Part shown: positions 45,862 to 56,821 of the stretch, in pieces | How the letters are laid out: the number at the start of each line of letters is the position of its first letter | How positions within the stretch are numbered: the first letter of the stretch is position 1 | From: Paramoeba atlantica | Taxonomy: Eukaryota > Protista > Discosea | Length of the DNA: 64,000 nucleotides | NCBI GenBank assembly: GCA_977017575.1 | Contig: CDRNVI010000030.1 | Coordinates: forward strand, 62,001 to 126,000 | Direction: 5' to 3' | Notes under the pieces: generated by a model | Databases searched by the model: none | Seen by the model: only the letters and a program-made list of their open reading frames with translations | Told to the model about the DNA's origin: nothing | Program-made: the position numbers and the translations under genes

Positions 45862-47197
45862 AACCCCGCGTCATGAAAAGTGACCCCCCACTTTTTTTTC
45901 GTACAAGTGTCCGTTTGAGCTGATTTTTGTTGCATTTTGCAGATCTCAACACAAAGACTTTGCGCGAGAAGGAATGAAACTAAAAGAAGCGAATACGTAT
46001 ATTTTATTGAGGAATTACTATTTTTTCATTTTTTCGCCTTTCAATCTTATACACACCTTATGGCGTGAGTCAAAGCTTAAGACCGTTTTGTCGATCACAT
46101 TTTGAGACAAGCGAGACCACGCTTTGCGTACACATCGGATGAGTGAAGGCTTATCCGATGGGGTCTGTTCGTCCACCGCCCCTTGGACCATAGACCAGAC
46201 GTTTTCTATTGGGGAAAGATCTGGTGAGTTGGGGGGCCAATTTTTCAGAAGTTCACTCATTGCGCTTTCAATGTACTCCTTTGAGGCACGAGCAGTGTGT
46301 GCCGTTGCCCCATCTTGCTGAAAAATACGATTAGGGGGGAAATCTACCTCTTTTACTGTTTCTATGTACGTCTCACTTGTAATAGATGTGTCATTTTGTA
46401 GAATTACCAAGTACCTCCACCCCACCCTACAGCACCCCATACTTGGCATCTTGGTGCCCAACGTACTTTTTGACGCGGGGCTGCTTTTTGACCGCGCCTT
46501 ACCCACATTTTTCTTCTGCCATCATTCGTATCAAATATTTTTTCGTCTGTAAAGATGACACGGGAAGTATCCATATTGTAATTCAACGCAAATTGAACTC
46601 TTTTTACTTTTTGTCGTTCGGTAAGCCCTTGACATAGCGGTCGAGCGGCATAACTGTAATCCAGGGATGATAAGTCTCTCTGTACAGTTCTTTTTGAAAC
46701 TTGTATATTATTTTTCTTCAATTGGGCTGCTACGCGCCTTGATGAATTGAGTCTCGGTACTCCAGCGGGGTCAAGAGGGGTTATTATCTTCTCAATTTTC
46801 GTTTTACGAGTTTTCATTATTATTTTTCGCTCAGGACTCAAAGTGTATACTGGGGTAGTTTTTTTTCGTTCAAATATTTTTTAACTATCCTTCTAGAAAC
46901 GTTGAAATCACGGGCCAGCTCTTTTATTGATACTCCTTGTCCGTGCCTCATCTTTAAAAGAACCTTTCCACTAGAAGTCAGCCCCCCTCTTGGGAGTCAA
47001 TATGGTGATTTTGGCATTTTTGAAAAAAAAGTTGAAAAAATTAATTTTTTTTTACTGAATTTTAAAGTTTTAAAATGAGCTAAAAACAGCGGGAACGTAC
47101 AGATCTCAAAATTTTGAACGACAACGTGGTATGATAAGCCCCCCACGACCCCCTGTGCTAAAAATAAGGGGGGGTCACTTATTGGTGACGCGGGGTT
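45862..47197 (-). mobile_element. 1336-bp Tc1-like transposon, DD35E, TA TSD; transposase with one frameshift
   Basis: TIRs AACCCCGCGTCA...AAGTGACCCCCC. IFTDEKIF, FQQDGATAH, WPPNSPDLSPIENVW. One G missing near 46430 relative to the copy near 20560. Confidence 0.92.
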
Positions 47198-47584
47198 TAT
47201 AATACAGGACTTGTAGGGGGGGGGGTAAAAGAGGCTGAACACTACTGTATGCTCAGATATTTGAATGATTAGGAACCTCATTAGAAATCCGTTACCTAGA
47301 ACTGAGGAGTCGCGGGTGGGTACCAAACTTAAGTTTTGATTAATTCTAGAGATGAATTCAATTATAGAGATGTCAAGAACTTTGTCCCTTGTGCATTGTA
47401 ATCAAATTATAGAGAAATTATGAGATTTCATACATATTTGCATTAAAACAAAATGTAAATAAATTGACAATGTGGCAATGCGAGTATTTCGTTCACGTCT
47501 TTGTACCTCATGGATCGAATTACGAGCATGTTCAGTAGACATTTGAGAATATGACACTGTTCCTCCTGTAAAATTTGATGACTA

Positions 47585-48385
47585 TTAAGTTTTTATTCTG
47601 CGCCAGCACCCTTCCGAGAATCTTTCCCACTCTTCAGATATTGATATTTTCCACACGTTGCGTTCTCCCTCCTCCGCAGATGTGAGCAAACTTATGCTCT
47701 TTAAACTCTTAGGGAGATTTGAAAGATCCGCCGTTCCGTTAAATTGATTACGGCCAAGATCTATTTTCTCGATACCTTCTCGTAGCTGAGTAAAGTCTAC
47801 TGTGCCTGAGAGCTGATTGCCATACAGTAAGAGTTTATGCAGTGAAGAAGGAAGTGCACTTAGTTCAATTTCCCCACTGAAGTGGTTAAAATTCAACCAC
47901 AAGCGTTCCAGGGAAGGAGGCAGATCTGTCAAATTAAGAGTTCCAATCAAATCATTAGACCTGAGGCAAAGCTCTCGTAGGTTCTGTGGGAGGGCTTCCA
48001 GGCACAGTGGCCCGGAAAGGGCATTCACAGAGCCCAGTAACTCCAAAAGCGGCGAGGAGAGGGACGAGGTATCGATGCCTCCCCCAATCCCATTAAAAGA
48101 AAACCTCATCTCTTCCACTTTCGCAGGGAAATACCTCCATTGGAGATTTCCTTTCAAAGGAGCTTTTACGACGCCATGCGAGAAAGAGTCGTCATAACTC
48201 CAATGAATTATAATCGAATTCGTTCCCACATTACAAGTCACTCCTGCCCACTTATAGCCCGGGATAGAGTCCTTCCACGACTCGTGTGGATTTTTGATAG
48301 TTGAAATAAACCGAGCGAGTTGTATTTCCAGGGGGAAGATTTGCTGGGATACTCTTCCCGTTCGTTGTGGGTTGATATCACTCAT
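47585..48385 (-). CDS. Stand-alone LRR protein (266 aa); recent duplicate of 33582-34385
   Basis: RTGRVSQQIFPLEIQLARF N-cap, 23-aa LRRs. Confidence 0.92.
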   Translation of the reverse strand: MSDINPQRTGRVSQQIFPLEIQLARFISTIKNPHESWKDSIPGYKWAGVTCNVGTNSIIIHWSYDDSFSHGVVKAPLKGNLQWRYFPAKVEEMRFSFNGIGGGIDTSSLSSPLLELLGSVNALSGPLCLEALPQNLRELCLRSNDLIGTLNLTDLPPSLERLWLNFNHFSGEIELSALPSSLHKLLLYGNQLSGTVDFTQLREGIEKIDLGRNQFNGTADLSNLPKSLKSISLLTSAEEGERNVWKISISEEWERFSEGCWRRIKT

Positions 48386-48449
48386 GAATAGAAAATTAGA
48401 ATACTATTTTGGTCGAGTTAATTAGATTACTTTCGTTTATTAAAATATA

Positions 48450-49374
48450 AACCCCCCACAGCGAATAAGTCACCCCCCTCTTTTTTTTGAACAACGAGGC
48501 TTAGGGGGGTTGCGGCACCACTTTTTCGTTCAAAATTTTGAGATCTGCACGTTCCCGCTGTTTTTAGACCTCTTCACAGATAACAAATTAAAACTCATTT
48601 TTTAATGACGTTTTTACATAGTCATGCCAATATTACCCGAAAAATCTTATGTTCCTCGACCAGGGGGGGAGAAGGGGGTCAACATGAAAATGGTGTCACA
48701 GATCTTCGCTAGGGGAACGAGATCTCTCGATTGCAACAAAAATGATGAAAAACAGATAACAAACATTCAATTTGTCACGTGGTGGAATATTTGTCTTTGG
48801 TTGTTTCTTTCTTGAAACTGTGATAAATCAACTTTTTTATGCTGTCCCCTTTACTTTTTGCTTGAAGGGGCCTAAGGGGGTTAAGATATCATTTTCTCGT
48901 TCAAAATTCTGAGATCTACACGTCCCCGCTATTTTTAGATCATTTTAGAAACTGAAAGAAAAAGTTATTTTTAGGTTCTATTTTTTTGTATCGTCATACC
49001 ACACTAATTTAACAAAACAAACACTCCGCGGCCAGGGGGCACAATTGGGTCAATATTAAAAAATAGCGGCAAAGATCTTTGCTAGGAGAACGAGGTCTCT
49101 CGTTTGCAACAAAAATCAGCAAAAACGGACAAAAATAATTGAATTTTATCATGGGAGGAGAAGATTTATTTTGTTAAAGTGTGAGAAATTGGTCTCTTGA
49201 AAAATGTAAAGAAAGTGATAATCCATCTATCGGATGCACGCATTTGAGAGCCTTGGTTACATGCTATAGCGCGCAAAGTCTTTGTGTTGGGAACAGCAAA
49301 ATGCAGCAAAAATGAGCTCAAACAGACGCTTGGCTGAAAAGTTAGAGGGGGGTGACTTTTCGCTGTGGGGGGTT
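48450..49374. mobile_element. About 925-bp non-autonomous Tc1-like element related to the DD35E family
   Basis: TIRs ACCCCCCACAGCGAA(T)AAGTCACCCCCCTC flanked by TA. No transposase. Confidence 0.8.
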
Positions 49375-49473
49375 TATATACTTTTTTCCGCAGTCTAATA
49401 ATCATAAACTTAAAGAGAAGAGCAAATTACGATTAAATTTATAAAGGAGATTTGGCTAGCGGGGACCTTCGAC

Positions 49474-50044
49474 GTGTACCATGAATCTCGGACATGCTCC
49501 ATGGACAAATGTACTCAGCCCCTGGGAACAAATGGGTGTCACGCCCTTGTCTGCAAGAGCGGTTACGGGTTAATTTCCCGTCACAAAGCACTTGCTTACG
49601 AGGCCAGCGGACATTTTCCTGCCGAACTTTGGCTTGGCGACCTCTCTGGTGTTAGACTTCTGTGTCACACGCGTTCCGCAGACCAATTACACGGACATGG
49701 TCCGAGGTGCTAACGTGGGAAAAGCAGGATGTTTCGCCGAGAGGTACGCCTCCGAGCACAAAAGTTCGGAGTCTCTGGAGGCGGAGTCCGCGGGGCACAA
49801 ATTCACCGCAATGGCGGTGTAGTCCTCCGAATCCAGGTCCGACAGTGCCATGGGGATCTTGCGCCAGGTAGCCAAACGTCGCTCAGCAGCACCCCAGGGA
49901 ACCCTCTCTCGCTCCAAAGCTGCCCTTCGGCTTCTGATCGAAATGAATGTCACTTTGATGAGGGCCCAGGCGCGCATGCTGGTCAATCGCTTGCCCGCTG
50001 AAGATTCGTATCCGCCATTACGCACGCCATGGCGAGGAAAGTAG
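49474..50044 (+). pseudogene. C-terminal zinc-knuckle/restriction-like endonuclease region of a CRE/SLACS/R2-type non-LTR retrotransposon
   Basis: CTQPLGTNGCHALVCKSGYGLISRH, RPADIFLP, LVLDFCVT, FTAMAV*S...SAMGILRQVAKR...MNVTLMRAQARML. Confidence 0.75.
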
Positions 50045-50110
50045 GGAAAGTTCGAAGCAGAAAGTTGTATAAGTTAAAAAAATTCTGAACAAAAAAACCA
50101 TCTGCACCTG

Positions 50111-50416
50111 GTGGTTAGGACAAAAAGTCTATCTGGAAATAAATCACTGTCCAGTGCACGCCGGACATTGTGCGCGCTCGTGGCCACCCTCAGCTACAGG
50201 GACGAGCTACAGGGCCACCCTCATCTCGTAAATCGGTCCCAACCTCGCAAAAGTGCGTCAGGTTCGGGACATAAGCCCCGTTCGCCTGCCATACGGGGGC
50301 GTAACTGGAAAACGTGGCTATATCCCAATGCACCACGTGGTTCATGTAAGCACTGCGGGATGCGCGGTCATGAACTGAAGAATTGTCGATTGACCGACGA
50401 ACAGGTTCGTCTCTAA
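50111..50416 (+). pseudogene. gag-like fragment with CCHC zinc knuckle
   Basis: CKHCGMRGHELKNC = C-x2-C-x4-H-x4-C at 50345-50386. Confidence 0.55.
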
Positions 50417-51135
50417 ATGAAAACCCCTAATGAAAAGCCGGGGTACAAGCGCGGTCGTGAATAGACCTACTTTCGAAATAGTAGCTTTAGAGGCTCGAGT
50501 GTGATTTCGAAATCGATATTTGTTTAACATCTCTTTTTACGCATAGAGAAACTTGTGCTTAGCGAAGAAAATGCTCAATGTGCTATACTTCTGAAATGCT
50601 GTTGCATATTTATATCTGCGCAATTTTTTACTACAAATTTACTGCATTGCTTATGCTTCAAATCGATCGAACTGCTTAACGTTTTTCAAAAACGTAGAAA
50701 TATAGTATACTACTCACAGGGACTGTTCTATTCTGACTGGATGCTTCCTTTTAACCGTGTGAAATGACACGGCTGCTTTTGCACTTACAAAACAAAAGTT
50801 GGGCTATTCTTTTTTATCCTATACTTGAGCAACTCGTAACAACTGTAGTAAGTTATGAGAATATTACATTGGTACTTTATCCTAGGGGACTAAAGCCACT
50901 TTCAAAAGTCATGGGCTTTTCTTCCCCCATACGGGTCATGGTTGTAACACTAAACGAAAGGGTGTAAAACATGTTGTTACTCTCAATAGGATTTCTCTAT
51001 AAATTTTGTTTTCGATAGAGCTACATTTCCTGCATGTCTTCTCAAAGCCACGCACGAGTTTCTGATGAAACCATCAGGCAAAGTTATCGTCAAGCGCGTC
51101 AAAATAACGTACATCGATAAATTTCTCAGTGGGCA

Positions 51136-51918
51136 GTGGCCTCTGCTACAGCACAAAAGCGTGTACTATTTTTCCCGCACAGAACAATTACTTGGTGTAC
51201 ACAGGAGGTTCTTGGTGTAACGGAAGAGGACTTCTTGGCGTTGTACGTCAGCCTGTCACGCTTCTATCGGGGATCCACTTTGGAATCCTACCGTGCCGCT
51301 GTAGTTTGGCGGCAATTAGAAGATCAAAATACCGATCAGTGTTGGTCGCAGACCTCGCGCTTTCGCAGACGCTTCAAAGGCGTCCAAAATATCTGTCTGC
51401 AGCCCAAACCTCGAGGCTCGATCACACTCGCGCAAATGCGGTCTCTGACTAATTACTGTAAAGACCAAGGCGAACTCGCATATGGTCAAGGCTTCGCCGT
51501 CGCGTATTTCGGACTTCTGCGTCACAGCGAATTAGTGAATCTCGAAAAGACAGATATTGAAGCGAATTCCTCTGACGCATTGATTAAGATTCGTGGAGGA
51601 AAAGGACGTCAACATTATATTGTCGACACTGTCGTAGCCCCAGAAGTATGTCATCTGTTGATGTACCTAAAATCATCATCATCCCATCTGGCCTTATTTC
51701 CTAATTGGGACAAAGTGAAAGCAAACAGAATCAGATCACATGTTGCGAACCTTTTGCAGTGGAACTCACATCAAACTTGGTCCTTCCACTGTCTCCGACA
51801 TGGATGCGCTGGTCATTTAACTCGCGAAGGAACAGACCTTACGACACGCCTCCGGCGAGGGCGTTGGATGTCAGAGTTCACAGCTACTCACTATTCTATG
51901 GAACAGTCCTACAATTAG
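51136..51918 (+). CDS. Tyrosine recombinase of the retrotransposon
   Basis: GLLRHSEL (R), IRGGKG (K), HCLRHG (HxxR), GRW, and THY (catalytic Tyr). Reading frame open; start codon uncertain. Confidence 0.88.
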   Translation: MASATAQKRVLFFPHRTITWCTQEVLGVTEEDFLALYVSLSRFYRGSTLESYRAAVVWRQLEDQNTDQCWSQTSRFRRRFKGVQNICLQPKPRGSITLAQMRSLTNYCKDQGELAYGQGFAVAYFGLLRHSELVNLEKTDIEANSSDALIKIRGGKGRQHYIVDTVVAPEVCHLLMYLKSSSSHLALFPNWDKVKANRIRSHVANLLQWNSHQTWSFHCLRHGCAGHLTREGTDLTTRLRRGRWMSEFTATHYSMEQSYN

Positions 51919-52300
51919 ATTTTAAGCTTTTGATAAACCGGCAAACTCCAAGAAGTTCCTTGCTACTTTTAGTATTACAATGTACACGAAAATTTTCTAC
52001 GTAACCGGATCGATGGGCTATGCGACCACGTACCACTAACCGATTGTTAATTGCTTTATTTTGTAATCCAAGAGATCTGTGGAGCATGACATAATCATGT
52101 TGTACGACATTGCTTGATGAAACAATGAATAAAATTAAATTATTCGATGCAGTTACTGCACATTTCCACTGTTCTACACACCGTGTACATACTACTCCAT
52201 TAGTTTAAGATGAGGAGCATTCTACGAACGCCTACAACGAATTGTGCCACATCTTCCTTACGTATGAACACATTTCATATTTCAAAATCTATATAAAGGA

Positions 52301-53804
52301 ATGATTGCGCACTCCTTCATCGACACTGATTTAAGCGGGGGTGTTTATCACGATGAAGAAATCACGGCTTGGCGTGGTCGAGGTTCATTTGCTAATGATC
52401 GGGCTCCTCTTTGTCCCCTTCAAAACGTCGGGGGAATAAAAATAATGAGTTCCGACTTCGCTCGTATTCCCTTTGCATACCAGGCACTGAAGTTACTTGG
52501 CACCTCACCTCTCCCTCCAGACATTCAGAAAGAGTGTATGTCCGATACACCGAATTCACAATCCTATAGGCACCATTTGGACACTTGATGTGATAGCAGA
52601 GTGTTAGTGCCTACGACACCACAAAATGTCACAGGAGTCGGCAAGTATATGGCAGTTTTGAAGGACGAAAAGTTCGCCCGTGCAATTTTCGATTTGAGAT
52701 GGACTAACGAACGCACTATTCTTACAGAAATTTCATTTAAAATTCCGAGCACTGCGGAACTTATACAAGCATTAGTGGATTTGGGGGATTGCACGAAAAA
52801 GCGTTTCCGCTTTCTTCATGGGGACATCAAAAATTGGTATTACCAAATTCCTATTACCCCTGAACTTGGGAGCGCATGTTGCATCAGGCAAGGCTCCTCA
52901 AATCTCCGACCTACGGTGCTACCTATGGGGTATAAACTCGCATGCGGTATCGCTCAGAGCATCATGTGGGGAATATTGACCTATCGTGATCATAATCCAA
53001 CAGAACTTGATGGTTTAGAAAGCGCGCTTACCGATACCAGAGCTCCAGGGATCGTACTGCTCCATGAAGGAGGTTTCATTGCCCTTATGTACGATTCGTT
53101 TTTGATCGTCAGCACAGAAAGTACACTGAAAAGATGGCACGTCAATCTAAAATACAACTTTCGTAAATTCAATGTAGTCGCAAAATACATGACCATGGAG
53201 AAGAACACGTGTCAGTTCACCTATTGTGGTATAAGGATTATCCAAAAAGAGGGGCATATATCGTGGATGGCTGACCCGACTGTTGCTGAAACCTGGTCCA
53301 ACGCTTTGAAGAACTTAGTAGAAATAACTCCGCGTATTTTATTTCAGTTCTGCGGGTACGTGCGACACGTTTCTGCCATTCTTGGTATACCTCCTCGCGA
53401 ATTGGGTAGGCTCACCAAGTATCAAAGCGAACTGCTTTTTCAAAGCGATGTAGTTCTGGCCGAGGCAACTGCTATATCAGAAGCTATCCGAATGGCGATA
53501 AAATTTTTCCAACATTATTATAGGTAGCGACAACACGGCAGCCGCTCGCTCCTTTTCAAAAGGTTTTTCTCAGGTAGAATCTCTGGATAAAATAGTCAAA
53601 GTGTACAAGGACTTTCATGGAAGAATAATCATGTGCGACATTCCAAGTGAAGAAAATTTAGCCGATGTTGGAACTCGTCCAAACAAAAAGTACACAGACG
53701 AGGAGTACTGTTTTAGGTGCGCAAAATCCTGGGAGCGATTGATCAATGCTTTACACGTGTACGAGCAGCAAGGAGCGACTTTTGTAAGCAGAATTTTGCC
53801 TTAG
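52301..53804 (+). pseudogene. Reverse transcriptase-RNase H of the YR retrotransposon
   Basis: One in-frame TGA (52586) and one frameshift (about 53500). ARAIFDLRWTN, GDIKNWYYQ, VLPMG, LMYDSFLI; RH motifs LAEATA, IIIGSDNTAA, IPSEENLADVGTR. Confidence 0.85.
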
Positions 53805-54335
53805 ATACATTAGATATCTAGTAGAAAGGAAAATTACGTCAGCGACGCAGACTACGTTGCATGTACACACTACATGTACTATTATACACTAACTTTTGTT
53901 CTGGTATGTCACTCCACCTTTCGTAAAAAGGTCATGCGTCAAGGTGAAATGGTTTTCTACTAGCATGTCACCTTGAATATCTTTCTTTTTTTCTTTCCAT
54001 TTTTCACTTCAACTTTACTTTCTTTTTACAGCATTATTTATAAATTCATGAAAAAGCGGCGTTCGTGCTTGATCAGGAACCCTCCCAGTGGGATTGGCAC
54101 ATAGTAGGCTCACTATATAGTGTACAGTGTCACTGGTGAAGCGCCCTAGGAGAGCCTTGCGTCCCCGTACCCGGAATCAGTCGGGAGCAGGAGTGGTACT
54201 TGTGGCGTCTGCACGTGGGGATTGCAGGCGCTCCTGTACCAAACAAACAAACAAACAAATAAAAAATACAGATACACTTAATTCTCCTGCAAGGGAATGA
54301 GGTTAACGTGGTAAATTATTTTCTCTTCTATTGTA

Positions 54336-54499
54336 CCGTGCCGAACATAATTACGCCCGTACATAATTACGCCCAACTTACCGGTGAAACGGCTATTAAG
54401 GATAAAAGTAATTAAGGCAGAACGGATTTAGAAATTAATTATAGCCCCAAATCTGTCTTTGGGCCTAATTAAGTTTGGGCGTAATTAAGTTTAGACCGG
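54336..54499. mobile_element. 164-bp TA-flanked MITE inside the retrotransposon 3' region
   Basis: TA|CCGTGCCGAACATAATTACGCCC...GGGCGTAATTAAGTTTAGACCGG|TA, with internal ATAATTACGCCC-like repeats. Confidence 0.6.
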
Positions 54500-55973
54500 T
54501 ATTCTGAATCGTAATCTCAAAGAGCACTAATTTCAAAAATATAGATTAAAGGAAGATTTTTTTTGAAAATAATTTACCCAGTGCAATCTGTGCTACCCAT
54601 AGAATCTTCTAAAAAGGTGGACTTGCAGAAGGTCCAATGGCGGTGTAGTCCTCCGAATCCTGGTCCGACAGTGCCATTGGGATCTTGCGCCAGGTGGCCA
54701 AACGTCGCTCAGCAGCACCCCAGGGAACCTTCTCTCGCTCCGAAGCTTCCCTTCGGCTTCTGATCGAAATGAATGTCACTTTGATGAGGGCCCAGGCGCG
54801 CATGCTGGTCAATCGCTTGCCCGCTGAAGATTCGTATCCGCCATTACGCACGCCATGGCGAGGAAAGTAGGGAAAGTTCGAAGCAGAAAGTTGTATAAGT
54901 TAAAAAAATTCTGAACAAAAAAACCATGTGCACCTGGTGGTTAGGGCAAAAAGTCTATCTGGAAATAAATCACTGTCCAGTGCACGCCGGACATTGTGCG
55001 CGCTCGTGGCCACCCTCACGGAGCAAGCTTCTGATCCGCCGAGCACCATGCTAAGCAGCGCATGTCGAAAGATATCCAAAAAATATTTCGCTCCGTCATC
55101 AGAATACCCGAAGCGCCGCGGTGCTCTGAATTACTGCACCAGTGCCTGACCCAAACTGGGTTTAGAGGCGGGAAGCAATATGTACGAAATGCCGTCGGTA
55201 CCCTCCCAGACTCGGTGTACTACGCAAAGCCTTGGGCTGCGTCCCATTTTTGGCGGGTCATACTCGAGCTTTAGCCAGCACAGCAAAAAAAAAGAGAAAC
55301 ACCCAATCCGTTTCTGCCCTGCTGCAAGCCGCACACCCTAAAAGGAACGACCTTTAAGAAAAAGTGACAAAAATTATAAATGCCCGATTTACTTTTGACT
55401 TGGGTATTATTTCTCAATATTTCAGTTGTATATTCATGTTAAGAGCCTATCCACTATCTATCTGAAAGATGGCAGTGTCAGGGAAGACCGCGAGGAGCTC
55501 CCCACCTTACTTCCCCACATTGAGTGTACCAGGCTTCAGTGAAGCGCGTTTTGCAGGAACGGTATCTTTATCTCAGAAAGATGGCTCCTTTTTTTGACAA
55601 AGCCAGTACGTTGCGTCTTCAGGATTTCTGACTAACCACCATTCCATAAGAATATCGCTGTCCGAAAGTAGCGAAAATAAGTCTATAATAATTCTCAAGA
55701 ACAATAAAATAAATAATAATAAAATAAATAATAATTAATGATATTTTATTATTAGAGGTACAAATTATTATTAATTTTGCTACCATGACTCTTTATGAGT
55801 TCCCCCCATTCTGGTACTTATGAGTTCCTTTTTCTAAGTGAATGGTTTGGTACCCACTTTTCACGAAGCGATTTTTTTGGCACTTCACTTAAACGAATTT
55901 TCATAAATTTATAAACTACTCTATGTCAACCTGCTCTAGTGAGCGGAATCGCTCACTAGGTGGGTAAAATTCT

Positions 55974-56462
55974 TTGCGCCAGTTCCTCGCCTTAAAGAGG
56001 TTGCCTTGCCCTTGCGCAATTCATCGTCTCCGACTGTTCCCAATGAAACGTCCGATTCTCCTCAACTTGGAGACGATGGGGTATATCTTCGTATTGCTCG
56101 TCTTCTGGGCTCCAACTATTTTAAGCGATCCATCCGCTCAGATGAGCTGCATCCGTTGTCTAAAATTTTTCGGAACATTGTGGACTTCTTATGCCTCGGA
56201 AGTATCATCTGTTCGACGCAACGAGCGCAAGGAACGCGCCGACGAACTCCTAGAAAAGATCAAAGGCATTGAAACAAATGTAAAAATCAAAACTTCATGC
56301 ATTCATAAGGCAAACGATGTAGATGTAGAAACCTTAAGTTCGCAAGAAGTTTTTGATGTTCTTATGGATCTACATGTAGCTACGGTCCCGGAAAAACATG
56401 TGCTCAACATTCGGCGCTCCGCAGAATCAGACAAACTCATAAAGAAACGCCGAACAGAGTAA
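55974..56462 (+). pseudogene. Third member of the Harbinger partner-ORF family (frameshifted)
   Basis: GVYLRIARLLGSNYF (frame of 56006) joins LKFFGTLWTSY (frame of 55974). Confidence 0.55.
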
Positions 56463-56599
56463 ACCCCCCGCACACTTATTATTCCGTTTTTTTTAAATTA
56501 ATATTTGCATGGGTCCAACACTAATTAAAAAAACATTAAATTTATATTATGAATAATACCGTATTTAAAGAGATTTTTTAATATTCCACTATAGTTTAT

Positions 56600-56821
56600 A
56601 TGGAAAGCGAGCTTATGGATTGCGGCCTGTCATTGGTTACATTACATTTCCTTGTCCACAACATGGGCTTCGATCGCGATTCAGTCATCGCCGCTTTTTC
56701 ATGCTTGTATGATGGCGCAAGGTGGTCGTCCATCGCTTCTAAAATGAAGGTTGGGGATTACGATCCTGCAAAGAAAAGATATCCCCCCCTAGTGAGGGGG
56801 GTGACGGTAGACGATCTTTAA
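56600..56821 (+). pseudogene. Truncated N-terminus of Harbinger-like transposase
   Basis: ELMDCGLSLVTLHFL...DSVIAAFSCLYDG aligns with ELSRCGLSLHSYEFL...DVVFASFYFLRTG at 2405. Confidence 0.6.

Larger units (their letters stand above)
49809..55018 (+). mobile_element. Tyrosine-recombinase retrotransposon (DIRS/VIPER-like; order gag-like, YR, RT-RH) between 384-bp direct repeats
   Basis: Direct repeats 49809-50192 and 54635-55018 (8 mismatches). Internal CCHC knuckle, YR, RT and RNase H motifs. Confidence 0.8.
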
